Origin: Marsupella aquatica
Lineage: Eukaryota; Plantae; Marchantiophyta
Assembly: GCA_973895155.1 (NCBI GenBank)
Contig: OZ316897.1
Span: forward strand, 9,571,832 to 9,635,831
DNA length: 64,000 nucleotides
Direction of reading: 5' to 3'
Every line of letters begins with the position of its first letter. Position 1 is the first letter of the stretch. Position numbers and translations under genes: made by a program. Below, piece after piece: positions 49,842 through 61,382 of the stretch. A model generated the notes under the pieces. That model worked only from the letters and a program-made list of their open reading frames with translations. It made no database searches and had not been told where the DNA came from.

Positions 49842-51182
49842 ATGACGATTACTATTACCGACGTCGTAGCTCGGTCAATCTATGACAGTAGAGGGAACCC
49901 CACAGTGGAAGCGGATGTGCATCTCTCAGACGGGAGCTTCCACCGTGCGGCAGTGCCCAGCGGGGCATCAACAGGAATCTACGAGGCCTTAGAGTTGCGA
50001 GATGGAGGCAAGGATTACATGGGCAAGGGAGTTACGAAAGCTGTGAGCAACATCCAGACCATCATCAAGCCTGCTCTTATCGGCAAGGACCCGACTAAAC
50101 AGACCGCCATCGACAATCTCATGGTCCAGCAGCTGGATGGTACTCAGAATGAGTGGGGCTGGTGCAAGCAGAAGCTCGGAGCCAACGCCATCCTTGCTGT
50201 GTCCCTAGCTGTTGCTCGAGCTGGAGCTGCAGTACTGAAGCTGCCGCTGTACCAGCACATTGCCAACCTAGCTGGAAACAAGGAGCTCATCTTGCCGGTG
50301 CCAGCCTTGAATGTCATCAACGGTGGTTCCCACGCTGGCAACAAACTGGCAATGCAGGAATTCATGATCCTCCCCACCGGAGCTTCGTCTTTCAAGGAAG
50401 CCATGAAAATGGGCAGCGAGGTGTACCACAACCTGAAGTCTGTCATCAAGAAGAAGTATGGGCAGGATGCGACCAATGTGGGAGACGAGGGTGGGTTTGC
50501 CCCCAACATTCAGGAGAACAAGGAAGGATTGGAGCTCCTGAAGGTGGCCATTGAGAAGTCAGGGTACACTGGCAAGGTGGTGATTGGCATGGATGTGGCT
50601 GCATCCGAGTTCTATAACTTGAAAGACAAGAAGTATGATCTGAATTTCAAGGAGGACAACAACGATGGCAGTCAGAAGGTTTCCGGAGACGAGCTCATCA
50701 AATTGTACGAGTCTTTCGTTGCAGAGTATCCAATTGCGTCAATTGAGGATCCGTTTGATCAGGATGACTGGGAGCACTATTCCAAATTTACTAAGACTCT
50801 AGGTGAGAAGGTCCAGATTGTGGGAGACGACTTGTTGGTGACAAATCCCAAGAGAGTGCAGTTCGCTATCAACGACAAGGCTTGTAATGCCCTGTTGCTG
50901 AAAGTGAATCAAATTGGTTCTCTCACTGAGAGTATAGAAGCTGTGACCATGTCAAAGAGAGCTGGATGGGGGGTTATGACAAGCCATCGGAGTGGTGAGA
51001 CCGAGGATACCTTCATTGCAGATCTCGCAGTGGGTCTCTCCACAGGTCAAATCAAGACTGGTGCTCCTTGCCGATCAGAGAGGTTGGCAAAGTACAACCA
51101 GCTGCTCCGGATAGAGGAAGAGCTCGGTGCCAAGGCTGTCTATGCTGGCGCCAAATTTAGGAAGCCAGTTGAGCCATACTGA
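49842..51182 (+). CDS. ENO2: Cytosolic enolase (LOS2/ENO2 type), intronless, 446 aa
   Basis: Motifs: [17 protein letters not shown], plant-type EWGWCKQK insert, [77 protein letters not shown]. No transit peptide. AATAAA at about 51225. Confidence 0.97.
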   Translation: MTITITDVVARSIYDSRGNPTVEADVHLSDGSFHRAAVPSGASTGIYEALELRDGGKDYMGKGVTKAVSNIQTIIKPALIGKDPTKQTAIDNLMVQQLDGTQNEWGWCKQKLGANAILAVSLAVARAGAAVLKLPLYQHIANLAGNKELILPVPALNVINGGSHAGNKLAMQEFMILPTGASSFKEAMKMGSEVYHNLKSVIKKKYGQDATNVGDEGGFAPNIQENKEGLELLKVAIEKSGYTGKVVIGMDVAASEFYNLKDKKYDLNFKEDNNDGSQKVSGDELIKLYESFVAEYPIASIEDPFDQDDWEHYSKFTKTLGEKVQIVGDDLLVTNPKRVQFAINDKACNALLLKVNQIGSLTESIEAVTMSKRAGWGVMTSHRSGETEDTFIADLAVGLSTGQIKTGAPCRSERLAKYNQLLRIEEELGAKAVYAGAKFRKPVEPY

Positions 51183-51964
51183 GGCAAAATACTGGTAGGT
51201 AAGCCAACTTCAAATAGTGCAATCAATAAAAACTACATGAAGCGAAGGTTACTACATTGATAATAGTCAATGAGACACACAAATAGGTATAGTAGTGTTT
51301 CTAATGTTGTGGCCACTGAGGAACTGTTTTGATGAAATACACTGTCATTTGCCATTTTGCAAGTCATCAAAATGTCCTGCAGCTCCCTGGAGACTACAGT
51401 GTGGATGCTGTGGAGTGAGTGCTTCTCCTTTGAATAGGTGATGTACTATTAGTCTTATCCTACATAGCACAGCGTATCAGTCTACAAGTTGTTCCGCTAG
51501 TCCACCTTCGAACATCAAGGGACTCAGTTTGAGCAATCGATCTTGAAATCAACCAAGTACAGAGACGATGATTCGAATCGAGTCGAATGATATTGATCAC
51601 CCCACCTTCAGCTGATATGCACAAGACCCAGAATTGCAATGCCTCAAGCATTAGTGCAAAAGCTTCAGTCGCCAATGTGTCGAATTGAGAACACACTGGG
51701 CTTGCTCTCAAGATGGGTTAGTCCTAAGTAACTGCATGCACAAGACCCATCCCGTCATATTCTCAAGCTCTTCTGCAAAACCAGCAACCATTCAAAAATC
51801 AATAGGGGGGATTCTTATGAAGATGGGTGAATTCCAGATTCTAGTCGTGCAGGAGACACCAAACTCATTGGACGCAGTCACGCCCAAGCCCTGGTCAACA
51901 TTTCTTTTCCTCATGGTTTGGAAAGGGGCCCTTCGTGATGGGTTGCTCTGCTCAGCTGGTAGCT

Positions 51965-52280
51965 TTTTAGGTCCCTGGGCTGTTCCCTCTCTGGTCGAAG
52001 CATCAATAATCTACTCTACCTCTGCCAGTGCCAGATGATATCTGGATGTACTCTAAAAAAACAAGAAAGAAATTCTTAGAATATCAAGTAGTCCTACAAA
52101 CTTGGCCAGCACCTGGTTTAGGATAAGGGGCTCGTGTAGCTATCGAGGACTTTGAGTGCTGGCTGTGATAGCTTCTTGGGTCTCTGGGCTGTTCATCTAT
52201 CCGGTTGAGCACCAAAGATCTACTCTTCTAAGGCCAATGCCAGATGCTCGTCTAAATGTGCTTTAAGAAAAATAGAAACA
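51965..52280. repeat. Diverged duplication of about 100 bp, copies about 210 bp apart
   Basis: ggtc.ctgggctgttc...atctactct...gcca.tgccagatg at about 51970 and 52179. Confidence 0.65.
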
Positions 52281-53940
52281 AATTTGTTCCTCACTAACGG
52301 ATCTAACTGCTCGCTAAAAATATACCTTGGGTAGGAAGAGAGATTGTTACCCTTCCCGAGGCATGGATCCATGAGCTCGCCACTTATTCATAGGCAAGCC
52401 AATGGGCATTCGCCACAGTGGCTACTTGCACCTCCACATCCACCGTTAAGTATCTAAATATGCACTCCACGTTCATACTCGGACGTCCGTAATTGATGCC
52501 GAAAATTTCTCCTCTCAGTGTCTTACAGAAGATGAATTTCCCGGCCTGTATTTTATGAATCCCCGCTGCTTGCAAACTGATCGAATCCAAGTTTGACGAC
52601 CAAACTCTATGTTTGGCATTGCTCAGAGAGTGACTGAGACTGAGCTTCAGCGGTGCTGCAGGTTTAAATCCCAGTTGAAGAAGACGTTGGTGCAAATGCT
52701 GTGCTTGGCAGAGTAAGGAAATGATAGAGGACCAAAACATGCACCCCTTTCACGTTTTGTCAGCCATGGAATTGGAAGTGTAAGGGTAAGACCTTGCTAG
52801 GAGGGTGTTCTTCTCAAGATCTCAACAAAAATCAAGAAATATTGCCCGAATTAAGTAAAGTCCGCAGTGGTAAGATCCAAGGACTGGGTCAGGTTCTATA
52901 TCCCAGAGTATGATTATCACAAATTAGACAACCCCAATTGAGGATATATATAAGGAGAATACAGGCCAGGACTGCAAAAAATAGAGCTTGAGGGAGGGTG
53001 AAGGTTTTAGTGCAAAGGAGAAGGAGAGAGGGAGGACAATTCCTTCAGTCATTTTGTGCCAACTCTTTGGTGAGAGACCTGGTTTAGAAGAATTCTACAC
53101 AGAAAGTGCGATACATTGAATTTAAAGCTCTCATAGACCACAACATTTGACAAAATACTAGGAAGGGCTGTTCTGACATTGACTATTTTGAAACATTATT
53201 AGGCTCAAATGAGATCCCAAAATGCTGTGTATGAAAGTAAAGTTGTTTTGCTATGGATGCATGTCATTCCAGTTAAAGTGCCTGTTTCCATAGATAGTAT
53301 ACAGGCTTAGAATCCTACCCCAGAGTCAGTACTAGAGTTTGAATTTATGTACTTAACATGATGAGAACAAAGGGCCAAATGTGTAAGAGCATCTGGAAAT
53401 AGTTTCAATTTTAGTTATGTAGTAGAAGCCCCCAGCGCAAGTCCCTTGAAAGAATAGAAAGGAAATGATCAAAGTAAGTAAAGGAAAGAACAACCAATTA
53501 TACAAGCACCAAACCATTGATGCCAAATCCAATAGATTTATGATTGTTGAGAGGCATGGACCCTTACTCTAAGAGATAACTAAGGGACAATTATTTCAAC
53601 TCTCCCAAATGTAGAAAAACTGTCCAGCTTTGTTCAAGGGCCAACCAGATGGGGAATGAAACCAACAGAGTGAACAAACTAACACTCGCCCACCAGAAGC
53701 AAAAAGTAGGAGGTAGGATAGGAAGAACCTTCAATAGGATGGGTCCAAAAACAATCTTTCAATTGAAACCGCACTTTATGTCAATGTTCTTAGATGAGGG
53801 CCCCCTTCTCTTCCCCCCCCCCCCACCCCTGCTGGCCCTTGCATATGGGGCCACTTTACATGATCTTAGGCCCATTCCCTAAAATTCCTCCAACTTCTCC
53901 CATTTGGCTACCAACCACAAGTTTACCATCCGAGGCTTCG

Positions 53941-54058
53941 GCCCAATGAACCTATTGAATGTTAATAACCCCAAGAGCAAATTGACAAACATTCAATAGG
54001 CCCAATGAACCTATTGAATGTTAATAACCAAGAGCAAATTGACAAACACTCAATAGGC
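53941..54058. repeat. About 59-bp tandem duplication; each unit carries an internal inverted repeat
   Basis: gcccaatgaacctattgaatgttaataacc..aagagcaaattgacaaaca.tcaatagg occurs twice. Confidence 0.9.
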
Positions 54059-54454
54059 CAAGGTTAGGGAAATCTCAAAGGTAAATATTTATCAGGTTCT
54101 ATAAAACCAACTCTCCCCATTTTCTTAGACTAGTTGAAATTTCACTACAATAATCCCCTAGAGACAAGGCTTTCTGGCTAACCTTTCACCCTTCAGTAGC
54201 CACTCGTCCTTGTGCTCGTGCCTTGAAGTTGGTAGTGGGTCATTTGAAGAAACCCAGAACACAATCAGCCTACATAATAAGTCACTAGTCCTTGTGCCCG
54301 TTCTTTGAACTAAGTAGTGGGTCATTTGAAGAAAACCAGAAAACAATCGGCCTTCATTAGTCACCACTGTAGCCCCGGGCACAAGGACTAAAGAGAAGAG
54401 AAGAGAAGAGAAGAGAAGAGAAGAGAAGGCAAGGCAGTAAGATCGATTCACGCA

Positions 54455-57125
54455 ATGAGGAGGAGGCCTGGCATCGCCGGGTTGCAGACGGCTGCAGCAT
54501 CTCGAGTTTGTTCCTTAATCTACTCACATTCACATTGACATGCTGAATGGGAAATGACGAAATTGATGATCACTCGAATTGAATTCAATCGGATGGACTT
54601 TGCTGTAGTTGGAATGGATCGCAATTGTCCTACTTTCTAGAGAAGTAAGCTTTTACAGAAGAGACACAGGTTCCTGAGATTGAATCGAATCTTTCCAATC
54701 TCAGGATTGGTCTCGGATGGCAGATGTAGAGTGGGATGCGGAGAGAAAATGAATGACTAAATAAATGGATGCAAGTGATGGTCATCCGCAATCACGGAGA
54801 TGGAGGTTATAATTGTTTTAGGACAACCGAAAATAGGCAGCCGTAAAACATCTAGGTCTGAGTTTGTTGAATTGGGACGGCTTCTGTTGCGCAGAATCAG
54901 TACAAGTCCCTTGGAGAAGATGTCGCGAAGGCACGCACGGATCTCATGCAGCAGCAGCTCGCTGTGTTCAGAACTCAGCTTGAAGAGTTTGCCCGCAAGC
55001 ATAAGGTTTCTCGTCTCTGACTCTCTGTTTGTCATTCTCTCTATTCTGTTTTGCTTCTCTCCCACTCCTCTCTTTGTATCTTTGCATTAACAAACATATT
55101 TCTTCCTATGTCCGGTCGGGCGCTCTCTGTGATCTACACAGTTCTCCCCAGTCAATATGTTCCATCTCATATAGAAATTTGGCTCGACGAACCTTCATTT
55201 TCTTCTGATGGCCCGAATCTTTTGGAAATGTGGGCCTTGAATATTCACCATTTGGTGTTCCCGTCCTGAGGTCCTGAGGACGTTGATTGGGCCCTCCCAA
55301 ATATGATGTAGGTAAACACAGATCTGACGGTTCTTCTGGTCGTGTGACAGAATGACATCAAAAAGAGTCCTGCATTCAGGGCACAATTTCACATGATGTG
55401 CTCAAAAATTGGAGTCGATCCCCTCGCTTCTAGGAAAGGGTTTTGGGCTGAGCTGCTTGGGATTGGTGACTTCTACTATGAGCTAGGTCCGTGTTTACTC
55501 TGGATGCCGTTGTTATCACCCACCTGCCAAGTCCGTTTCTTATCTGACTTTGTCTACGTGCAACAGAGTCGGCAATCCTTGTCACTCAACAGCGTCTCTC
55601 ATGGCACTGCAAGGCAGCGGTCATGGTTCAAAAGATGACTGTCTAATCGTATCTCCGGTTCCGCGATTAGCTATGGGATCTTCTGTTGAGTTGCATTGAT
55701 CTTGAGTAGTTTCACAGCATAATATTTCTCTTCTTTTGTCAATATCTATTCACTAATGCAAAAACACAAGAGTCTCGTCGGTTGCAGAAGCATTCATGTG
55801 CAGATGCATGCCAGTTGGGTTCTCGAAAGTAGCACATTATGATGTTTGTTGATATTGAAATCAGGTCTTTTGAAAAAGAGTCTGACTGTAACGAGCAGGT
55901 GTTCAAATTGTGGACGTCTGTCTTGCCAGCCGACAATATAATGGAGGTCTCATTGATCTCGAAGAGCTTCGAACTCTTCTTGCAAAGCGCCGCAGAGCTT
56001 CTCAAGAGCCTATCACAGATGATGATTGTTTGCGGGCCATAAGCAAGTTGAAGGTCGTCAATACTTTCTTCTCATGGGTTTTGGTGTATTTTGCCAAAAT
56101 AGCGCTAAAGTTTCATGGGTTTTGACTGGAGTTACCTGTTATACTTGTGATGGTTATTGAGATCTACCATTGATTGCAGGCACTGGGTAGTGGCTTTGAG
56201 GTCATTTCTGTGGGAAATAGGAAGCTTATTCGGTCAGTTCCAACAGAACTCAACAAAGACCATAACCAAATTCTTGAACTCGCTCAGGTTTGTTCTTCTG
56301 AAGCTGTATCTTACTCTGCAAGCTTTCTCCACTTTAGTTACAATGAACCCACTTACAACCGTCCGAGATATAGTTGCGTGGGATGTAAAAGTTATAGAAA
56401 GTGTAATTACATTCGTTGTTTTCTCCTCATCTGACGGAGTTGATTACGTTTGAAAGCCTGAATCAATAGGCTCTGAGTCACAGTAACAAAATGCTCTTAT
56501 ACTCATGAAGTGCCTTTCTCTCTCAGGCCCATGGGTATGTCACTGCAGAAGACGTCGAACAAAGCCTCTCTTGGACGACAGGAAGAGTCATCGACGCACT
56601 TGAAGCCCTACTTAAGGTAACAGTGTCGAGGCTTGTCATTTGGATTTCTGTTCTCGCTTTAAATGTTGGGAATTTCAAGTGCTCTGTGTGTTGCCTTTGA
56701 ATGACCCAAAGAAGCGATTGGGCATACTTCCATATTTAAACACTTGCATGTCTAGAATCCTCTGCATAGAGAAGAGCCTCGGCAGGTGCACAAAATATGG
56801 GTACCTTTCCTATGGCCACTTTCATTTCTGGATCCGATAATATGGATACAGTATTAGAAGGTTCCAATGCGCTTTGAACGTTGTAGGTTCCGGAGATACT
56901 ATTCCTTACTTTTGCAAAGGAGGTAGTTTCCATTAATTTGAAACTAAGGGAGCCCGACAGGCGTTTGTTTGGTGCTGTTTGGTATTAATACTCTCGTGTC
57001 TTCTGCAGGAAGGTCTGGCGATGATTGATGATGGGCATCCCAGTGGAAGGCGGCATTACTGGTTCCCTTGTGTAGGTAGCACCGAAGATGTTGATTTAGA
57101 CGAGTCTCTGTCACAGGCCTCGTGA
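54455..57125 (+). CDS. VPS22: ESCRT-II subunit VPS22/SNF8 (EAP30)
   Basis: Seven exons: 54455-54505, 54895-55005, 55351-55486, 55899-56053, 56180-56287, 56527-56616, 57009-57125. Motifs: [76 protein letters not shown]. Confidence 0.96.
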
Positions 57126-57734
57126 TATAGGTTTTCCTCCTAGCCGTGCTGAGTGTACAGATATTTTTTTGAATTAGTTATGCAGGAGTGAGCTGGCAGT
57201 CATGATTTAAGATTGGAGTTCCACGTGTGTGCACAATTATATTCCAGTCTGCCTCACAGATTAGGATCACCAGTGTACATAATCAAAAAGTTGATGGAGA
57301 CTTGCTAAAACGAGAATGATGAAGTTGAGCCTCTAGTTCGGTCGATGAAGAATGGATGAAAGTGGATGAAGAATGCCTTTTGTCCATGAGAGCAGTTTTG
57401 AGCTTTCTGGTTAAGTTCATCCCACCACTATGTGCATCGTCTCTGCCTAATCTGTGCTGGATTATCTACCTGTAGTGTATGTTAGCCAGAAAGTCTCGTC
57501 TCCATTGGGGATTATTGTAGTGAAATTTCAAGCTTCAAGAAATCCTGATTGGGGTAAGGGGCAAAAAGTATGAGACGGTACGTCGACTGAAGGAAAGTAC
57601 TGGTGGAGGAAACAAGTTGAAGATAACAATAATGACGGTATCATGTAAGCTTTCACTCTCTACTGAGAGCTTAAATCAATTTCTACTCCAGCATTGTCCC
57701 CTTGTTCTACCGAGTTCGCAACAGGGAAAGGAAG

Positions 57735-57835
57735 GGCCACCAGCAATATTATGCTTGCTGCATTTACACAGAAAATGATGTTCATCATCCGCCATACCCA
57801 GATTGCAATGTTGATATAGTCTCCACTCCTGAGCA
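57735..57835 (-). mobile_element. Possible short LINE ORF2 C-terminal zinc-knuckle remnant
   Basis: RLYQHCNLGMADDEHHFLCKCSKH resembles the CxxC..EDExHFLxxC knuckle. The first Cys is missing and the match is short. Confidence 0.4.
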
Positions 57836-58387
57836 GCGAAACCCACCCCCCGGGGGCAGTTCAATAATAGTAGCAGCACGAATAAATCTTTATAATTCCG
57901 AGTATAGTAGAAAATTTGAGTTTCCAAGTGAGTATCATCAGCAGGGCATTTACTTGGAAACTCAAAAATCGTTTTCATATGGCCTTCGGACCGGTAACTC
58001 ACGGACTTAGCTCTATCCTTCAGTTTATCTTGAGCCGTCTCAAATCAACCGTCCCAAGGATCAACATAATTCTACGGGTATACCCTGGAGCAGATTCGGT
58101 ATTTACATCCTCTTGAATCCATCGTAAGGCCGTCACATCCAGCAGATCGCAAGGCAGTAAATCACACCTTCAAATGTAGCAAAACGAGCATGTGCAATAA
58201 TATACCTGGTCCGAGACGATCTGCCGGTCATAAAGTGTTTTATTTGTACAGACATTTCCGTAACATAGTCGACTCTGGAAGCCTCTAGCGTTGTCTAGTT
58301 GAGGCTCGCAACGAGTGTATACGTGGCTGGTTGAACTAACGAAACAGTAGAAAAAACTATACTGAAGCAGTTCTGGCCTTGTGTGCT

Positions 58388-61382
58388 TCATGATTGACTC
58401 GTCAAAGCAAATACATTTTGGTGAGCAGGATCGCTCACAAAGTCAACAAGATTTTCTACAGGGCCCTTTCCCGTTACAGCAGCTTGAGCAAAAAAGCCAA
58501 GCCATGCTACCATCGCCAACCGGCCATTCTTTATCTCTTTAACCTTAAGATCTTCTAGAGCAGCTGCGTCTTTGGACAACCCAAGCGGGTCAAATAATAC
58601 TCCACCTGGATAGTTGATATCTCCAGGTAAGTAAATCCCAAGAGGTTCCAGTGCTTCAATTCCACAGTATCTTGCATATTCAGGTCCAACCTAAACATAT
58701 GCCCAGAAACTGATTAGTACTCAGGCACGGCACATAGTTTCTGTTCACCACACAAGTTCCAGGTACACACACTGTCTAAAATACATCCATCCAAGGAATT
58801 TCAGAAACCATGAAGGTCCTTCAAAGAGAGGAAAATACCATCAGCAGAACCTGGCAGAAAGCAATGACAAACACTCCTTGAGCCCCAGCAACATGGAGTC
58901 CCGGGATCCCAAAATAATCAAGCGTCTCACCCTGCCCATCAAATCAATTCTCAAAGGTTAGTTCATAGACATTATGCTTTGTCAAGCCAAGTCCTTCTAT
59001 TCATGTTGAGTCAACTTATTTTCCCCTTGTCTTCCATTTGTCATGTTAGGCTGAATAGCCTCTGCAAACAGAGATTTACCAAGCCTCAAACCATGGGTAG
59101 AAATATCGATGAGAAAATATGATTCATCGTCACTATTCACCGAAGGTGCGCCCTGGACCGCTCCAGCTTTCCCACACTAGCATACCCTTCCAAATTAGAA
59201 ATACAGACGGATGAATAAAGGTCTGTATCAACTTCCCATTGATTCATGGTAAACATGTAACGATTGTAAGATAGCTACTTACACAGCTTAAAAATACACA
59301 CCCTTTTTTTCTTATTTACCGATAGAGTTGAAGACACTTGTGATAAAATAGAAATCTGTTTGGTGACTACTTTCTTTTGTTGCATAAGACATGATAATCA
59401 CATAGATCACACATCACTACACAGGGTGACAAAGCAAACTAAAGACAGCATCCTCACCCCACCCTTCCCCCAAAGATAAGCACTCTAGTCTTACAAGCAT
59501 TGTAGCCCATCAGAAGCTTGCCTGCAACTTTGCGTATCCAACCCGCCACCAAACTGGTTCACCGAAATCTAAACCACCATAAAGAGTTAGCAACTCTGGC
59601 ACCACTGCCCCAAGAGCTCCCAACATTGCCCATCGTGCATGGAGCACCTCGAAGCTGCTTCACATGACATACAATGAAAATAGACGATAACTATGCGGAT
59701 CGCTACCAGGTCATTAGACGTTTTTCTTTGCGTCAGCTAAAATCCAAGCCGCAGTGATGAAGCCAACACAGTACCGCTACAATAGACATTTGCGATTTGT
59801 TCTTTACCGTGTGACCAAAAAATCTTTCTATAACAAAGACACACGCACAAAAGGCGGCAGACCTACTTGAAGTACTTTGCTAAATCGGCAGGGTCCCTTG
59901 CAAGTCCCAAAATATCATATCCATAGTCACCCGGAGCATCACCACCTAAGTACTGGGGATAGCCAAACGGAATGGGCCCCAAGTATTTGGGTCGAGCTTC
60001 TCCATACCATAAACTGGTGGACAATGAACAGTTGGTCAGTAGACTTCATTAAACTCAGAACGGAAAATGATGATTGCACAAATTTCGTCTGCAGGGCATG
60101 GATGAAACATTGCTGCTGAAACAGATAAAGGAAAAAAGCGACAATGTCTACTCTCGTCTGAAAGGTCACATGCCTCTCTTCCTTCGCCTTGTCTCTGGCA
60201 GCTTGGGTACTCAGAGCATCACGCTGTGCTGTGACCCTTGCTTGCTTTGCTCGCTCTTGCAAAGTCTCTCCCAGAGAGCTATTGGCCAGAGCCTTGACCA
60301 CCGTGAATGGAAAAGCCGAGAAAACCACCACACCTACTAGCTGCCAAGTTACACAGCATACTTCAACAATGTATCAACTGCCCTTCTCTTTCCCTGATAC
60401 ATAAGAGACTCTTAATCACTACAATCAGCCCAAGAGATTTGCAATCTTGAGCTCTTATACGGACACCACGAACGGCGAATCTCGTTCGGAAACATAAAGA
60501 AGGGATTAACAAGACCCATAACCACGAATCTTCTAAATTTTTTGCAGCTTCAGCTTTTGTGCCGAAAATACACCACATGCCTCAGCTGTGCCCTTGATTT
60601 TCCATCATATGTTATCAGAACTATACGTAGTGCACAATTCCCACCATCAGACCCGTGACAAAACTGACATTCGATAGAAACAACATACCTCTTGCCAAGA
60701 AGCTGTGACGCAGGTTGCAGTCCTCCTCATGCACCTCTCCGAAGTGAATCGATTCACTCTTTCCCAATTCATCGGATCGCCCTTAAGAGAGTTCTGCAGA
60801 GACGCAGCAAAGCTTACATTCATCAAGAAGATAACCGTTTAATGGTCAATTTGCACAATCTTTCATGCAGGACAGAGTTTGATTAGAGATTCTAGAAACC
60901 TTCAATGACATTCAGAGCATGCTGCTTGACTGATTTCGGCGTCTAACTCTATAATTTCTTTGTCCCAATGCCCCTACTGCACCCCCCATTGCGTGCTGGC
61001 GAAAATTAATCTTTTTCTTACAGTTCATGAAAGTAACTAGAGTAAAATAATAGCTTGGATTCATCTCAGTGACAAAGAATATATACGTATGGCCCGTGAT
61101 CCTGCTCCAGTGTACTCGGTTCAGAACTCTGCTGGAGCTGGATCCATCCATTCTCTAACTGCAGGGCTAGAACAGTACTTGCTCATGCTTTTCCGAGCTA
61201 AAATTTCAGTGAGGTGAGATTCCCCTCCTCCGCCCTCTAGTTATTCCCCTATTGGCAATATTGGAACCAAACTCATCAGGTCTATTAGCGGTGCAAGGTT
61301 GCATTCTCACATGCAAAGAAGGAAGCAGCCTTGTAGCAGCAGACATAGTTGGGGCCGTAAAGCCGAACGCCGAGAGAACCAT
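58388..61382 (-). CDS. LHCB7: Light-harvesting chlorophyll a/b-binding protein Lhcb7
   Basis: Exons: 61382-61311 (tentative transit-peptide exon; alternative ATG at 60823), 60793-60689, 60340-60174, 60013-59867, 59654-59522, 58931-58839, 58690-58388. Lhcb7-type motifs [70 protein letters not shown]. Confidence 0.93.

Noticed and set aside
50144-50554. Antisense and alternative-frame ORFs within enolase
   Set aside because: Expected shadow ORFs from codon bias.
49842-51182. Enolase as a horizontal transfer or contaminant
   Set aside because: The sequence is plant LOS2-like with the EWGWC insert and is embedded in plant-type flanks.
43148-57125. BET3 and VPS22 (plus UBP) as a functional trafficking gene cluster
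   Set aside because: They belong to different complexes and are separated by unrelated genes and TEs, so chance adjacency is sufficient.
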